Made by a program: the position numbers and the translations under genes
NCBI GenBank assembly: GCA_963662795.1
Contig: OY759746.1
Location: 2,016,001 to 2,080,000, forward strand
DNA: 64,000 bases
Reading direction: 5' to 3'
Source of the DNA: Spirochaetia bacterium
GTDB lineage: Bacteria > Spirochaetota > Spirochaetia > CADAEX01
The notes under the pieces: generated by a model
What the model was told of the DNA's origin: nothing
Databases searched by the model: none
Seen by the model: only the letters and a program-made list of their open reading frames with translations
Shown: in pieces, positions 42,353 through 52,294 of the stretch
Layout of the letters: each line of letters begins with the position of its first letter
How positions within the stretch are numbered: position 1 is the first letter of the stretch

Positions 42353-42700
42353 ATGAAAAAAGAAATTGTTAAAACACAAAAAGGAGAAATAACAGTTTAC
42401 AGCGATATTGAAGTACCAATATCAGATGCATCAGATTTTCTTGATCTGCTTGCAAATACAAATACTAAAACAATATCACTGGATAAAGAATATTTAGATA
42501 ATAGATTTTATGAATTAAGCTCTGGTCTAGCAGGAGAAATACTTCAGAAAGTATCAAATTATAGAAGAAGCGTGATAATTATAGGAGATTTTATCAATAT
42601 CAATAAAAAGAGTTTAAAAGACTTTATATATGAAAGCAATAAAACAGGGCAGGTTGTATTTGCCAAAGACTTGGAAGAAGGAATCATTTTGCTGAAGTAA
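42353..42700 (+). CDS. DUF4180-like protein
   Basis: FYELSSGLAGEILQKVSNY...SLKDFIYESN. Confidence 0.8.
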   Translation: MKKEIVKTQKGEITVYSDIEVPISDASDFLDLLANTNTKTISLDKEYLDNRFYELSSGLAGEILQKVSNYRRSVIIIGDFININKKSLKDFIYESNKTGQVVFAKDLEEGIILLK

Positions 42701-43132
42701 TTGGAAAAAAGAGGAAAGATTTTGAAGAAAGATTTAATAGCTGCATGTGGAATTAATTGCTCATTATGTACAGGCTATCAAAGAGAAAAGAATAAATGCG
42801 AAGGTTGCAGGAGTGTTGGCAATAAACCAAAGAATTGCTTGAATTGCATAGTAGTAAATTGTAACAAGAGAGAAGGGAAGGAAGATTTTTGCTTTTCATG
42901 CGATACTTATCCATGCCAGAAAATTAAAAAGCTTGCAAAGCGTTATAGTATGCGGTATGGAGTAGATATTTATAAAAATCTTGAAAGAATTAAAGCCAAA
43001 GGAATAAAGGTATTTGTTGAAGAAGAAAATGAAAAATGGAAATGTATAAAGTGCAAAGCTTTATTATGTATGCATAGCAAAAATTGTTTAAAATGTGGTG
43101 AAGTAAATCCATATTATATTGGAACTTTATAA
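42701..43132 (+). CDS. DUF3795-like Cys-rich protein
   Basis: ACGINCSLC...CEGC...CFSC..YPC; start uncertain. Confidence 0.7.
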   Translation: MEKRGKILKKDLIAACGINCSLCTGYQREKNKCEGCRSVGNKPKNCLNCIVVNCNKREGKEDFCFSCDTYPCQKIKKLAKRYSMRYGVDIYKNLERIKAKGIKVFVEEENEKWKCIKCKALLCMHSKNCLKCGEVNPYYIGTL

Positions 43133-43156
43133 TAGGTCTTTAAAAAGGATAAAGTA

Positions 43157-43567
43157 ATGATTTACCATATAGTACCGGAAAAAGAGTATTTGAAATTAGC
43201 TGCAAAAGAGAAATATATCCCAAATAATTTCAATGATTTCGGATTTGTACATTGTGCTTTTAAAGTTTCGGTTTTATCAGTTGCAGATGACTATTATTCA
43301 AAAGTAAAGGATAAGCTTATTCTTTTGAAAATAAACCCTGAGAAATTAAAGTCAGATGTAAAATATGAGGAAGCAACTCCGGAAGAAGGTTTAGGTAAAG
43401 AGCATTTAAATACTTCAAATGTTTTTCCACACGTATATGGGCCAGTAGATAATGATGCAGTTGAAGGAGTAGGCGAATTGGGGAAGAAAGAGGGAAAATA
43501 TAGCTGGCCAGTTAAATTCATTCCTTTTGCAGAATATTTGGAAACAAATAAGAAGATAAAAGATTAG
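43157..43567 (+). CDS. DUF952-like protein
   Basis: MIYHI, GFVHC, FPHVYGP. Confidence 0.8.
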   Translation: MIYHIVPEKEYLKLAAKEKYIPNNFNDFGFVHCAFKVSVLSVADDYYSKVKDKLILLKINPEKLKSDVKYEEATPEEGLGKEHLNTSNVFPHVYGPVDNDAVEGVGELGKKEGKYSWPVKFIPFAEYLETNKKIKD

Positions 43568-43858
43568 TCCGGCCTTGGCATTGCCGTGCGGCCTGGACAA
43601 GAAGCGATGATACTGGTGGATAACAGCGATTATTTCGCTGCGCTCCCTGTGGTCGCTTGGGCTCCTGCCAGTTGAGCTGGCAGATCGCCATATTTTGTTT
43701 TCATAAAATCGGAATGACATGTGTTTTATGCTCTTCAAGTTTGTAAAAACCAAATAAAAGTATTTTAGAGTTTAGTCACAAAACATCGAATAATCGCGAG
43801 ACGTTCTCCGAAATACCGCCCCAAGAGAACATCGCCCGGACCTCCGGCCAACGGGCGA
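43567..43858 (+). repeat. Composite junction site S26 (1 | alpha | 5)
   Basis: Same architecture. Confidence 0.9.
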
Positions 43859-43939
43859 GGAAATTGAGTATAAAGTCGTCTTTTACATTGCTATTGAATA
43901 TTATAAGTTCAATCTCTTTTTTTAGGTAAATAAAAGGTT

Positions 43940-44263
43940 TTGCAAATGATAAATGAAAAAATCGAAACAATGGGATGCTGCGGTGCATACTGTGGAAAGT
44001 GCAAAGAGTTTGAAAAAAAATTATGTGCGGGGTGTAAAATTGGTTATAAGAATATCGAAAGAGATATCAAAAAAGCAAAATGTAAAATTAAAAAATGTTG
44101 CCTTTTGAAAAAGATAAATTCATGTGCTGATTGCTATGAATATGACAATTGCGTAATAATAAATGAATTTTATAGTAAAAATGGTTATAAATATAAAAAA
44201 TACAAAGAAGCATTGGATTTTATAAAAAAGAATGGCTATCCAACATTCTTTAAAAATAATTGA
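43940..44263 (+). CDS. DUF3795-like Cys-rich protein
   Basis: CCGAYCGKC...CAGC...CKIKKCC...SCADC. Confidence 0.7.
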   Translation: MQMINEKIETMGCCGAYCGKCKEFEKKLCAGCKIGYKNIERDIKKAKCKIKKCCLLKKINSCADCYEYDNCVIINEFYSKNGYKYKKYKEALDFIKKNGYPTFFKNN

Positions 44264-45075
44264 AAAATGGAATATGCAATATGGAAAGTATTAAGAAAAA
44301 TCAAATGAAAGTAACAGCTTTTATTGGAAGTGCCCGTAAGAAACATACTTACAATACATGTCAAATGTTATTAGAAAAATTAGAATCTTTTAAAAACATA
44401 GAAACAGAAATTATATGTCTGAATAATTACAATTTGCAGGTTTGTAAAGGGTGTAAGGCTTGTCTTGACAGGGGAGAAGAAAATTGTCCTTTAAAAGATG
44501 ATAGAGATATTTTAATAAAAAAGATGAAAGAATCAGATGGAGTAATATTTGCTACACCAAATTATAGTTTTAATGTATCAGCATTAATGAAATTATTTCT
44601 TGATCGGCTTGCATATTTTGGACATAGACCAGCTTTTTTTGGAAAAACTTTTACCAGTGTTGTTGTGCAGGGAATATTTGGGGGAGAAAAAATTGTTAAA
44701 TATTTAGATTTTTTAGGGAATGCCATTGGATATAATGTAGTAAATGGGTCTCTTATAAATTCCCTTGAACCTATGACAGAAACAAATCAAAAGAAGAATG
44801 AAATAGCTATAGAGAAACAGGCTAATAAGTTTTATAAGCAATTAATCAAAAATGAATTTAAAAACCCTACATTACTTGAATTATTTATTTTCAGAATGTC
44901 TAGAAGCAGTATTAAGACAATGCTTGATGAAAATTATAGGGATTATGAATATTATAAGAAAAATGGATGGTTTGATTCAGCTTTCTATTATCCAGTAAAA
45001 ATAAACATATTAGAAAAAAAACTTGGAAATATTTTTGATAAAATATCGGTGAAAATATCTAAAAATCGTAAATGA
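44260..45075 (+). CDS. Flavodoxin-like NADPH-dependent FMN reductase (iron-sulfur flavoprotein type)
   Basis: GSARK, CKGCKAC...C, ATPNY, MKLFLDR; true start may be 44281 or 44305. Confidence 0.85.
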   Translation: MKNGICNMESIKKNQMKVTAFIGSARKKHTYNTCQMLLEKLESFKNIETEIICLNNYNLQVCKGCKACLDRGEENCPLKDDRDILIKKMKESDGVIFATPNYSFNVSALMKLFLDRLAYFGHRPAFFGKTFTSVVVQGIFGGEKIVKYLDFLGNAIGYNVVNGSLINSLEPMTETNQKKNEIAIEKQANKFYKQLIKNEFKNPTLLELFIFRMSRSSIKTMLDENYRDYEYYKKNGWFDSAFYYPVKINILEKKLGNIFDKISVKISKNRK

Positions 45076-45099
45076 GTTTTATAGAAAGAAATATTTTTA

Positions 45100-45370
45100 G
45101 TCCGGCCTTGGCGTTGCCGTGCGGCCTGGACAAGAAGCGATGATACTGGTGGATAACAGAGGATAAAGCGCTACGCTCGGAGTACCTCGCTTGGCCTGCG
45201 GCACACATCGTAGATTTTGAACACAACTTCTATAAGCAGCCAGTTTTAGAAGATAAATACTGCAACTTTGTAATATTCAATCTTAGACTACGATGCGTCG
45301 CTTATCCTCGGGACGTTATCCACAATATCATCGCAAGAGAACGCCGCCCGGACCTCCGGCCAACGGGCGA
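45100..45370 (+). repeat. Composite junction site S27 (1 | beta | 1)
   Basis: Left arm does not match the S26 right arm. Confidence 0.9.
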
Positions 45371-45385
45371 AGAAAATAGAATCTT

Positions 45386-45443
45386 CTGTATAATATACTT
45401 TATTCATAACATATATTGTTTCTAGTTATTTAATATGTTAGAT
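45386..45443 (+). promoter_or_regulatory. attI-like capture segment of carrier cassette 5
   Basis: CTGTATAATATACT...TTCTAGTTATTTAATAT|GTTAGAT. Confidence 0.7.
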
Positions 45444-45468
45444 CGACGCTTTTGGCGCGAGGAGTGAA

Positions 45469-46617
45469 ATGAAAAAATCAATTTCAATAATGCTTGATAC
45501 CTCCATCTATAAACAGACGCCCAAACTAAACTCCGAACTATTTAAACGCTTCATAAAATACTCTCAAATAGGTTTTTTTAAACTGTATATATCTGAAATT
45601 ATTGAGAATGAATATATAACTTGGATTAAGAAAGAATCACAAGACGCACATGAAAACGTCGTTAAAAGCACAGAAGCCTTGAACAAGTTCTATGAGAAAC
45701 CTGATTTCTTTGGTTTGAATTTAAGGTACAACATTACAGCAGAAATAGCACAGACTCAAATCAATGAAATACTTAAGAAAGTACTCGAGAATTGGAATAC
45801 CTATAAGAAAGAAACAAAGGCTATTGTGATTCCGATTCATGACACTGATGGTAAACAAGTTATGAATGCATACTTTAACGGGAGCAAACCATTCAAAGCC
45901 GTTAAAAACAGATTGGATATTCCAGATGCCTTTATTTATTTCGCAATTATTCGAATATTAAAAACCGTCGATAAGATGGTATTCATTACACGTGATAAAG
46001 ACTTTTCAAATAGGATTAATAATGAAAGGATCAAAGTTTTTGAGAATCTAACAGAATTATTCTCAAAAGAAGAATATTCATTACAAAATGACTATTTCAA
46101 AGAATTAAACACAAATGACAAGGCATACTTCGTATTACAATACTTCAAGAAAGAAATAACAAGGAAGCTAGAACGACAAATCGAGATTACAGCATTATTC
46201 CCTGATTCGGAGCAAGAGCTAATCGATCACATTATTGGTGAGTATAAAGATTTAACTATAAAAACTAAGAATAGTGTACTGAATCTTAAGACTGTAAGAA
46301 TAATATCTGCCCTTTCGTTTCTCATTGAATTCACATCAGAAGTAGAATACTTGATCTCTTCAAAGGCAACAAAGGCTGACTTAGAATATGCAGGATCAGA
46401 AAGAATAAAAAAACTCAAAGGAAAGGAAATAAACGATGAAGACCTTTTTGATATCATCGAAGAAACTGTGATATCAATCGGTGGTAATATAAGTATTTCG
46501 TTCAAGGATTCCGATCCATTGATGTGGTCAGAGAAAGTAGTTAGTAACAATATTTTTCCAATAACTGAATTAGAGGAAATTAATATTGTTATAGAAGATT
46601 TTAAAAGATTGACCTAA
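45469..46617 (+). CDS. PIN-domain protein (DUF4935-like)
   Basis: IMLDTSIY, KPF, DIPDAFIY, FITRDKDF. Confidence 0.75.
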   Translation: MKKSISIMLDTSIYKQTPKLNSELFKRFIKYSQIGFFKLYISEIIENEYITWIKKESQDAHENVVKSTEALNKFYEKPDFFGLNLRYNITAEIAQTQINEILKKVLENWNTYKKETKAIVIPIHDTDGKQVMNAYFNGSKPFKAVKNRLDIPDAFIYFAIIRILKTVDKMVFITRDKDFSNRINNERIKVFENLTELFSKEEYSLQNDYFKELNTNDKAYFVLQYFKKEITRKLERQIEITALFPDSEQELIDHIIGEYKDLTIKTKNSVLNLKTVRIISALSFLIEFTSEVEYLISSKATKADLEYAGSERIKKLKGKEINDEDLFDIIEETVISIGGNISISFKDSDPLMWSEKVVSNNIFPITELEEINIVIEDFKRLT

Positions 46618-46670
46618 CAATCGGTTCAACTTGATTCAGCTACGCCTCACAAGTTAAGCTAATGTTATAA
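46612..46670 (+). repeat. Canonical attC site (59 bp)
   Basis: ACCTAAC-AATCGGTTCAACTTG...CAAGTTAAGCTAAT-GTTATAA with an extrahelical base. Confidence 0.85.
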
Positions 46671-46694
46671 AAATCAAAGATAGAAACGGGGGAA

Positions 46695-46949
46695 GTCCGG
46701 CCTTGGCGTTGCCGTGCGGCCCTGGACAAGAAGCGATGATACTGGTGGATAACAGCGAATGACCGGTTCCGGCTGTTTCTAAGGAAACAGCCTCCACCTA
46801 AATTGCCGAAATAATACATGTTAAGAATAATGGAAAAGAGTATAAACTTTTGGAGTGAAAACACCATCGGCAACTTCGGTCATTCGCGGGACGTTAGCAG
46901 CAATACGTCCCCAAGAAGACAATCGCCCGGACCTCCGGCCGACGGGCGA
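46695..46949 (+). repeat. Composite junction site S28 (1 | gamma | 3)
   Basis: Same architecture. Confidence 0.9.
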
Positions 46950-47036
46950 AGATAGTAATATATAAAAAATCAAATACTAAATATACCATCTCGAAGCTCT
47001 TTGAGAATAAACACAATGCAAATATGAGGATAAAAT

Positions 47037-47777
47037 ATGAGATATAAAATGAAATATTCAGAATATTCAAAATATTATTCATCAATTATTAATAAAAGTC
47101 GTTATGGTTTTGATAAACGTTCAAAGTATTTTCTGAAATATTTAGAAAAAACAAGTAATGAAAAAATATTAAAATTACCTTATGATTTTGAATTATTCCG
47201 AACTCAAAGAGGACATGTTGAAATTGAAGACAACTTTCAAATAACAATATCGCCATATAATAAAGAAAGAATGCTACCTAAAGCTGAAAAAATAAAAAAT
47301 GGACGTGTAAATCCAACTGGGATTCCAGTTTTATATCTATCTGATGATTATTTAACAGCAATAGCAGAAATTAGGCCATGGTTACAAGAAACAATTAGTA
47401 TTGCAAACTTTAGAACTACAAGAGAACTTTCATTGATTGATGTTTCAAAATATCGGAAAATATCAAGAATATTTATTAAAGAACCTAAAGATCCAATGAT
47501 TATTAAAGATAAAATATGGTCAGATGTTGGGCATGCTTTTTCACAACCAGTAACTATTGATGATCAGGAAATTGCTTATATTCCTACTCAAGTAATTAGT
47601 GAATACTTTAAAATGCTTGGATTTGATGGAATTTGTTATAAGAGTTTTCTAGGAAAAGGTAAAAATTATGCCTTATTTGATCTTGAATCAGTAGAAATAA
47701 AATATGGATTTGTTGTGGAAGTAAATGAAATTACAATAAATACGGAAAAGATTTGCAATCCCATACGCATACTATAA
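47037..47777 (+). CDS. RES-domain protein
   Basis: GRVNPTGIPVLYL, AIAEIRP, YIPTQVISE, DGICYKS. Confidence 0.85.
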   Translation: MRYKMKYSEYSKYYSSIINKSRYGFDKRSKYFLKYLEKTSNEKILKLPYDFELFRTQRGHVEIEDNFQITISPYNKERMLPKAEKIKNGRVNPTGIPVLYLSDDYLTAIAEIRPWLQETISIANFRTTRELSLIDVSKYRKISRIFIKEPKDPMIIKDKIWSDVGHAFSQPVTIDDQEIAYIPTQVISEYFKMLGFDGICYKSFLGKGKNYALFDLESVEIKYGFVVEVNEITINTEKICNPIRIL

Positions 47778-47856
47778 AAAAGATTAAAAAGTTAAGATGC
47801 AATAGAAAACATAAAAACGGTTTGTTAATAATACTTAATTCTAAATAAGGTGAATT

Positions 47857-48441
47857 ATGTCTTGGAAAAAATTTGGATCTTTTATTGAAGGAATTACGGC
47901 TGCACAATTTTTAAAAAATAGGGCTGGAGAAAAAGGTTGTTTTATTGAATATCTATGTCTAAGCGCAACAATAACTGATGCAATACTACGAACTGCAATT
48001 ATATTAACAAATCAAATTAATAATTCTAATAAAGAAATTGATAGTAAATTATGTTATCAGGATAAACTTAAAAATAAAATCACAGAAAGAGAAATATATA
48101 GAATATCATATAAAATGAATATTATAGATAAAAAGCTATTTGATAAACTTAATAATATTTATGATAACAGAAATGAATCAATACATAGATATGCGATTAC
48201 TGAGATTAAATATAATGATATATTATCTTATTGTGAAATATATGACACAATCATTAAAGAATTAAATAGTATATTATATGGTATTGAAAAATTACAAATA
48301 GAAAAAGAAATTGGAATAACAGTATTAGGCCCAGAATGTACAGCTGCGGAATTATTTGATACATATGCAAAGGAAAAAATAAATAATGATTCAATTATAA
48401 AAGAAATTAAGGAAAATAAATACTTTAAGTCCAAAGACTGA
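47857..48441 (+). CDS. Hypothetical protein with HEPN-like Rx4H motif
   Basis: RNESIH in a helical protein. Confidence 0.55.
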   Translation: MSWKKFGSFIEGITAAQFLKNRAGEKGCFIEYLCLSATITDAILRTAIILTNQINNSNKEIDSKLCYQDKLKNKITEREIYRISYKMNIIDKKLFDKLNNIYDNRNESIHRYAITEIKYNDILSYCEIYDTIIKELNSILYGIEKLQIEKEIGITVLGPECTAAELFDTYAKEKINNDSIIKEIKENKYFKSKD

Positions 48442-48480
48442 AAAACATTGTAATTTAATTATTTCCTATTAATATAAAAA

Positions 48481-48752
48481 GTCCAGCCTTGGCTCCGCCG
48501 TGCGGCCTGGACAAGAAGGGGACGTACAGCTGCTAACAGAGGATAATTCGCTTCGCTCGGAGTACCTCGCTTGGCCTGCGGCACACATCGCAGGTTTCGA
48601 ACTACAACTTATATAAGCAACAAGTTTTTGAAAAATAAATACTGCAATTTTGAAATATTTATACTTTGGATGCGATGCGTCGCTTATCCTCGGGACGTTA
48701 TAAGCAATGTTCCCGCAAGAGAACATCGCCCGGACCTCCGGCCGACGGGCGA
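48481..48752 (+). repeat. Composite junction site S29 (3 | beta | 2)
   Basis: Same architecture. Confidence 0.9.
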
Positions 48753-48767
48753 GGAAAAGTTGATCTG

Positions 48768-48826
48768 CTGAATAATAACCTATATTCATAAAATATATAG
48801 TTTTCTGATTATTTAATATATTATGC
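48768..48826 (+). promoter_or_regulatory. attI-like capture segment of carrier cassette 6 (GTT changed to ATT)
   Basis: CTGAATAATA...TTTCTGATTATTTAATAT|ATTATGC. Confidence 0.6.
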
Positions 48827-48853
48827 TGCCCTTTGGGCAGAGGAGGTAAAATA

Positions 48854-49723
48854 GTGTATAAAGCAACAGTAATTGAAACATTCATTGCCACGCCTAGTGA
48901 TATTGTTCAAGAAAGAGCATTCATTAGAGAAATTATTAATGAATGGAATATTGTAAATTCTAAAACTAGAAATGTAATTTTGAAGGATCTGGGCTGGGAA
49001 AATGATATTTATTCATCTTTTTCAGATGGGCGACCTCAAGAAAGCATAAACAAACAAATCTTAGAAGACGCTGACTTATTAATCGGTGTTTTTTGGACAC
49101 GAGTTGGAACCCCTACAGGTGATTATATCAGTGGTAGTGTTGAAGAAATTACAAAACATATTAATGCTCATAAACCAGTATTACTTTTCTTTTCAGATAT
49201 GCCAGTTAGACTTGATAGTGTTGATCAAAATCAATATCAAAAATTATTGGATTTTAAGAAATGGTGTCAAGAAATTGGAATTTATAATTCATATGACAAC
49301 CCAGAAGATTTTGTAAAAATATTTACAAGACAATTAGGTTTAGTTATGAATTCAGAAAAAAAAATACTTGATTTAATAGGATCTCCAGATCGTGTAGAAT
49401 ACTATGAAAATGAGTACAGAAATACAATCAAATTATCTGATAATGCAAAACAACTATTAAAAGAAATATCATTAGATCGTAGTGGCCAATTAATCGCAAT
49501 TATGACTTTAGGAGGTTATAATGTACAAACAAATGGCAAGAGCTTCGGATCTAAAAGAAATGATGCAAGAGCGAAAGCAGAGATAGATTCTGCGATTGAA
49601 GAACTTGAATCATTAAATTTGATTCGATCAAATCCCAAAAGAGAAATATTTACTATAAATGCAAAGGGGTATGAAATTGCAGATGAAATAACCCTCAAAA
49701 ATTATTTTGAAATCAATGAATAG
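48854..49723 (+). CDS. DUF4062-like protein
   Basis: FIATPSDI..ER, GVFWTRVGTPT, SGSVEEI; GTG start after AGGAGG. Confidence 0.75.
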   Translation: MYKATVIETFIATPSDIVQERAFIREIINEWNIVNSKTRNVILKDLGWENDIYSSFSDGRPQESINKQILEDADLLIGVFWTRVGTPTGDYISGSVEEITKHINAHKPVLLFFSDMPVRLDSVDQNQYQKLLDFKKWCQEIGIYNSYDNPEDFVKIFTRQLGLVMNSEKKILDLIGSPDRVEYYENEYRNTIKLSDNAKQLLKEISLDRSGQLIAIMTLGGYNVQTNGKSFGSKRNDARAKAEIDSAIEELESLNLIRSNPKREIFTINAKGYEIADEITLKNYFEINE

Positions 49724-49907
49724 ATATATGCAATTAATATTCTTTATATTTTTAAAGAGGCAATTAACCAGGCAGCTTGAGGCGATGTTAAATGCACGGA
49801 AATATTCAGTTTTAGAATAACGATGGTTGTGTTAGAATGTATGAGAATAATAAAAATGTCTTATATTCTCGGGACGTTAAACGTAAGATAAAAAATATGG
49901 AACAAAA

Positions 49908-50765
49908 ATGGTTTATGAAGAAATAATAAACAATTTAAATGATATTATTGAAACTAATAAAAAGTGTGAAGATGTCTATAATACGTTCAAATTTTCTCAG
50001 GGTGTTATTAACGACAAACAAGTTTTATTGAAAAAAGATCCTGAAAGAAAAAATATGCTAGATGGATCTACATTTGTAAAGCCTAAAAAGTCAAATAGTA
50101 TTTATATTTATTTTGGATCAAAGTATTTAGATACATATTTAAAAAACAGTACATTACATAACACTATTCTAATACATGAATTAAAGCACTTATATGATTA
50201 TTGCCAAAATAAAGAATCTTTTTTTGAAAGCTCTGTAAAAGAGAAATATTTTTATGAATTTGAGGCAAGAAAAATTGAAGCAAAATTTATAAAATATTAT
50301 CTTGAAGGGAAATATAATTTAACAAAATTAGAACAATTAATGTTGAATAGCTATAATAATGATGGGTTAAATAATTTTATAATTTTATTTCAAAGAGTTG
50401 ATATGAATATCTACTGTATTTTTAAAGAATTGGAAGATGATTTCAATAAAAATATGATTTCTAAAGAAGAAATCATAAAGACATTAATTAATGGAGGGTA
50501 CAAAGTAATTGAAAGCTTTAAAATAGCTAATGAACAAAATAGAAAGTTTGCAAACTATGTTAGTATAATATCTTTTAGAAATTGTCTTGAAGATATTATA
50601 CTAGAAAATGAAAATAGTCATATTGTTTTTGAAGATTTAATTTTAAATGAAGAAATATTAAAAAGCATCTATATTAACTTGTATGAAATAATCGATAATT
50701 TTGAAACTTTTTTTAAAAGATATGCTTATTCAGTGGATATAGATCTTGAAAAAAATTATATGTAA
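49908..50765 (+). CDS. Hypothetical protein with HExxH motif
   Basis: LIHELKHLYD...YEFEA. Confidence 0.6.
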   Translation: MVYEEIINNLNDIIETNKKCEDVYNTFKFSQGVINDKQVLLKKDPERKNMLDGSTFVKPKKSNSIYIYFGSKYLDTYLKNSTLHNTILIHELKHLYDYCQNKESFFESSVKEKYFYEFEARKIEAKFIKYYLEGKYNLTKLEQLMLNSYNNDGLNNFIILFQRVDMNIYCIFKELEDDFNKNMISKEEIIKTLINGGYKVIESFKIANEQNRKFANYVSIISFRNCLEDIILENENSHIVFEDLILNEEILKSIYINLYEIIDNFETFFKRYAYSVDIDLEKNYM

Positions 50766-50827
50766 TAACTCTGTATTCTTCGTTAAACAAAGTGTACAGT
50801 TAGAATAAATATCTGACAGTTTAGGAA

Positions 50828-51083
50828 GTCCGGCCTTGGCTTCCAGCCGTGCGGCCTGGACAAGAAACGGGAACACAGCTTATAACAGCGAATGACCGGT
50901 TCCGGCTGTTTCTAAGGAAACAGCCTCCACCCAAATTGCCGAAATAATACATGTTAAGAATAATGGAATAGAGTATAAACTTTTGGAGTGAAAAACACCA
51001 TCGGCAACTTCGGTCATTCGCGAGACGTTATGCTCAATACCAGCCGCAAGAGAAAGCCGCCCGGACCTCCGGCCCACGGGCGA
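50828..51083 (+). repeat. Composite junction site S30 (2 | gamma | 10)
   Basis: Same architecture. Confidence 0.9.
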
Positions 51084-51112
51084 AGATATGAACAAAAACA
51101 GGGAGTGAAATA

Positions 51113-51628
51113 GTGGATGTGAGAATTGAGAAATGCAATTCTGGTGATTTAGATGAAATAATAGAAATAGGAATAAAAACATACTACGATACTTTTCATA
51201 CAAACTGTTCAAAAGAAGTAATGGATAGTTATCTAAAAGAAGCATTTACAAAGAAGAAAATATCTTCAGAAGTAAATAATAAAAACAGCCATTTTTATTT
51301 TGCATATGTAGATAATAAATTAGCAGGTTATATAAAAATAAATACCGACGATGCACAATGTGATTTAAAAGATCAGAATGGACTTGAAATTGAAAGAATA
51401 TATGTGAAGAAAGAGTTTAAGGGAAAGGGTGTAGGCCAAAAACTAATGAATCTTGGAATTGAGAAAGCAAAGGAATTTAACAAGGACTTTGTGTGGCTTG
51501 GGGTATGGGAGATAAATCAGGCAGCAATAGAATTTTATAAGAAAAATGGTTTTACAAAAGCAGGAGAACATAGTTTTAGAATGGGAGATGAAATACAAAA
51601 CGATTATATAATGAAAAAAGCATTGTAA
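51113..51628 (+). CDS. GNAT N-acetyltransferase (PaiA-like)
   Basis: EIERIYV, KGKGVG, WLGVWE.N..AI.FY. Confidence 0.9.
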   Translation: MDVRIEKCNSGDLDEIIEIGIKTYYDTFHTNCSKEVMDSYLKEAFTKKKISSEVNNKNSHFYFAYVDNKLAGYIKINTDDAQCDLKDQNGLEIERIYVKKEFKGKGVGQKLMNLGIEKAKEFNKDFVWLGVWEINQAAIEFYKKNGFTKAGEHSFRMGDEIQNDYIMKKAL

Positions 51629-51638
51629 ATTAAAAATA

Positions 51639-51998
51639 ATGGATGAATATTATATTCCGAATAATTTCAATGATTTTGGATTTGTACATTGTGCATTTGA
51701 TGTTTCAGTAGTTGCTATTGCAGATGATTATTATTCGAAAGTAAAGGATAAACTCCTTCTTTTGAAAATAAATCCTGAGAGATTAAAGTCAGATGTAAGG
51801 TATGAGGAAGCAGTGCCTGAAGAAGGAACTGGAACAGGACATTTAAATACTTCAAGTATTTTCCCTCACGTATATGGGCCAGTAGATAATGCAGCTGTTG
51901 AAGGAATAGGGGAATTAGGAAGAGAAAGAGGAAAATACAGCTGGCCTGTTAATTTTATATCATTAAGAGAGTATTTAGAAGTAAAAAAAAGAAGATGA
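51639..51998 (+). CDS. DUF952-like protein, N-terminally shortened paralogue of 43157-43567
   Basis: High similarity from YIPNNFNDFGFVHC onward. Confidence 0.7.
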   Translation: MDEYYIPNNFNDFGFVHCAFDVSVVAIADDYYSKVKDKLLLLKINPERLKSDVRYEEAVPEEGTGTGHLNTSSIFPHVYGPVDNAAVEGIGELGRERGKYSWPVNFISLREYLEVKKRR

Positions 51999-52003
51999 GA
52001 GAA

Positions 52004-52259
52004 GTCCGGCCTTGGCTGTGCCGTGCGGCCTGGACAAGAAGCGGCTGGTACTGGAGCATAACAGCGAATGACCGGTTCTGGCTGTTTCTAAGGAAACAGC
52101 CTCCACCCAAATTGCCGAAATAATACATGTTAAGAATAATGGAATAGAGTATAAACTTTTGAAATGAAAAACGCCATCGGCAACTTCGGTCATTCGCGGG
52201 ACGTTATCGGCAATGGCTGGGCGAAGAAAACACCGCCCGGACCTCCGGCCAACGGGCGA
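52004..52259 (+). repeat. Composite junction site S31 (10 | gamma | 11)
   Basis: Same architecture. Confidence 0.9.
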
Positions 52260-52294
52260 AGAAAATAATATTATAAAAAAATGGGGGAGTTAAA

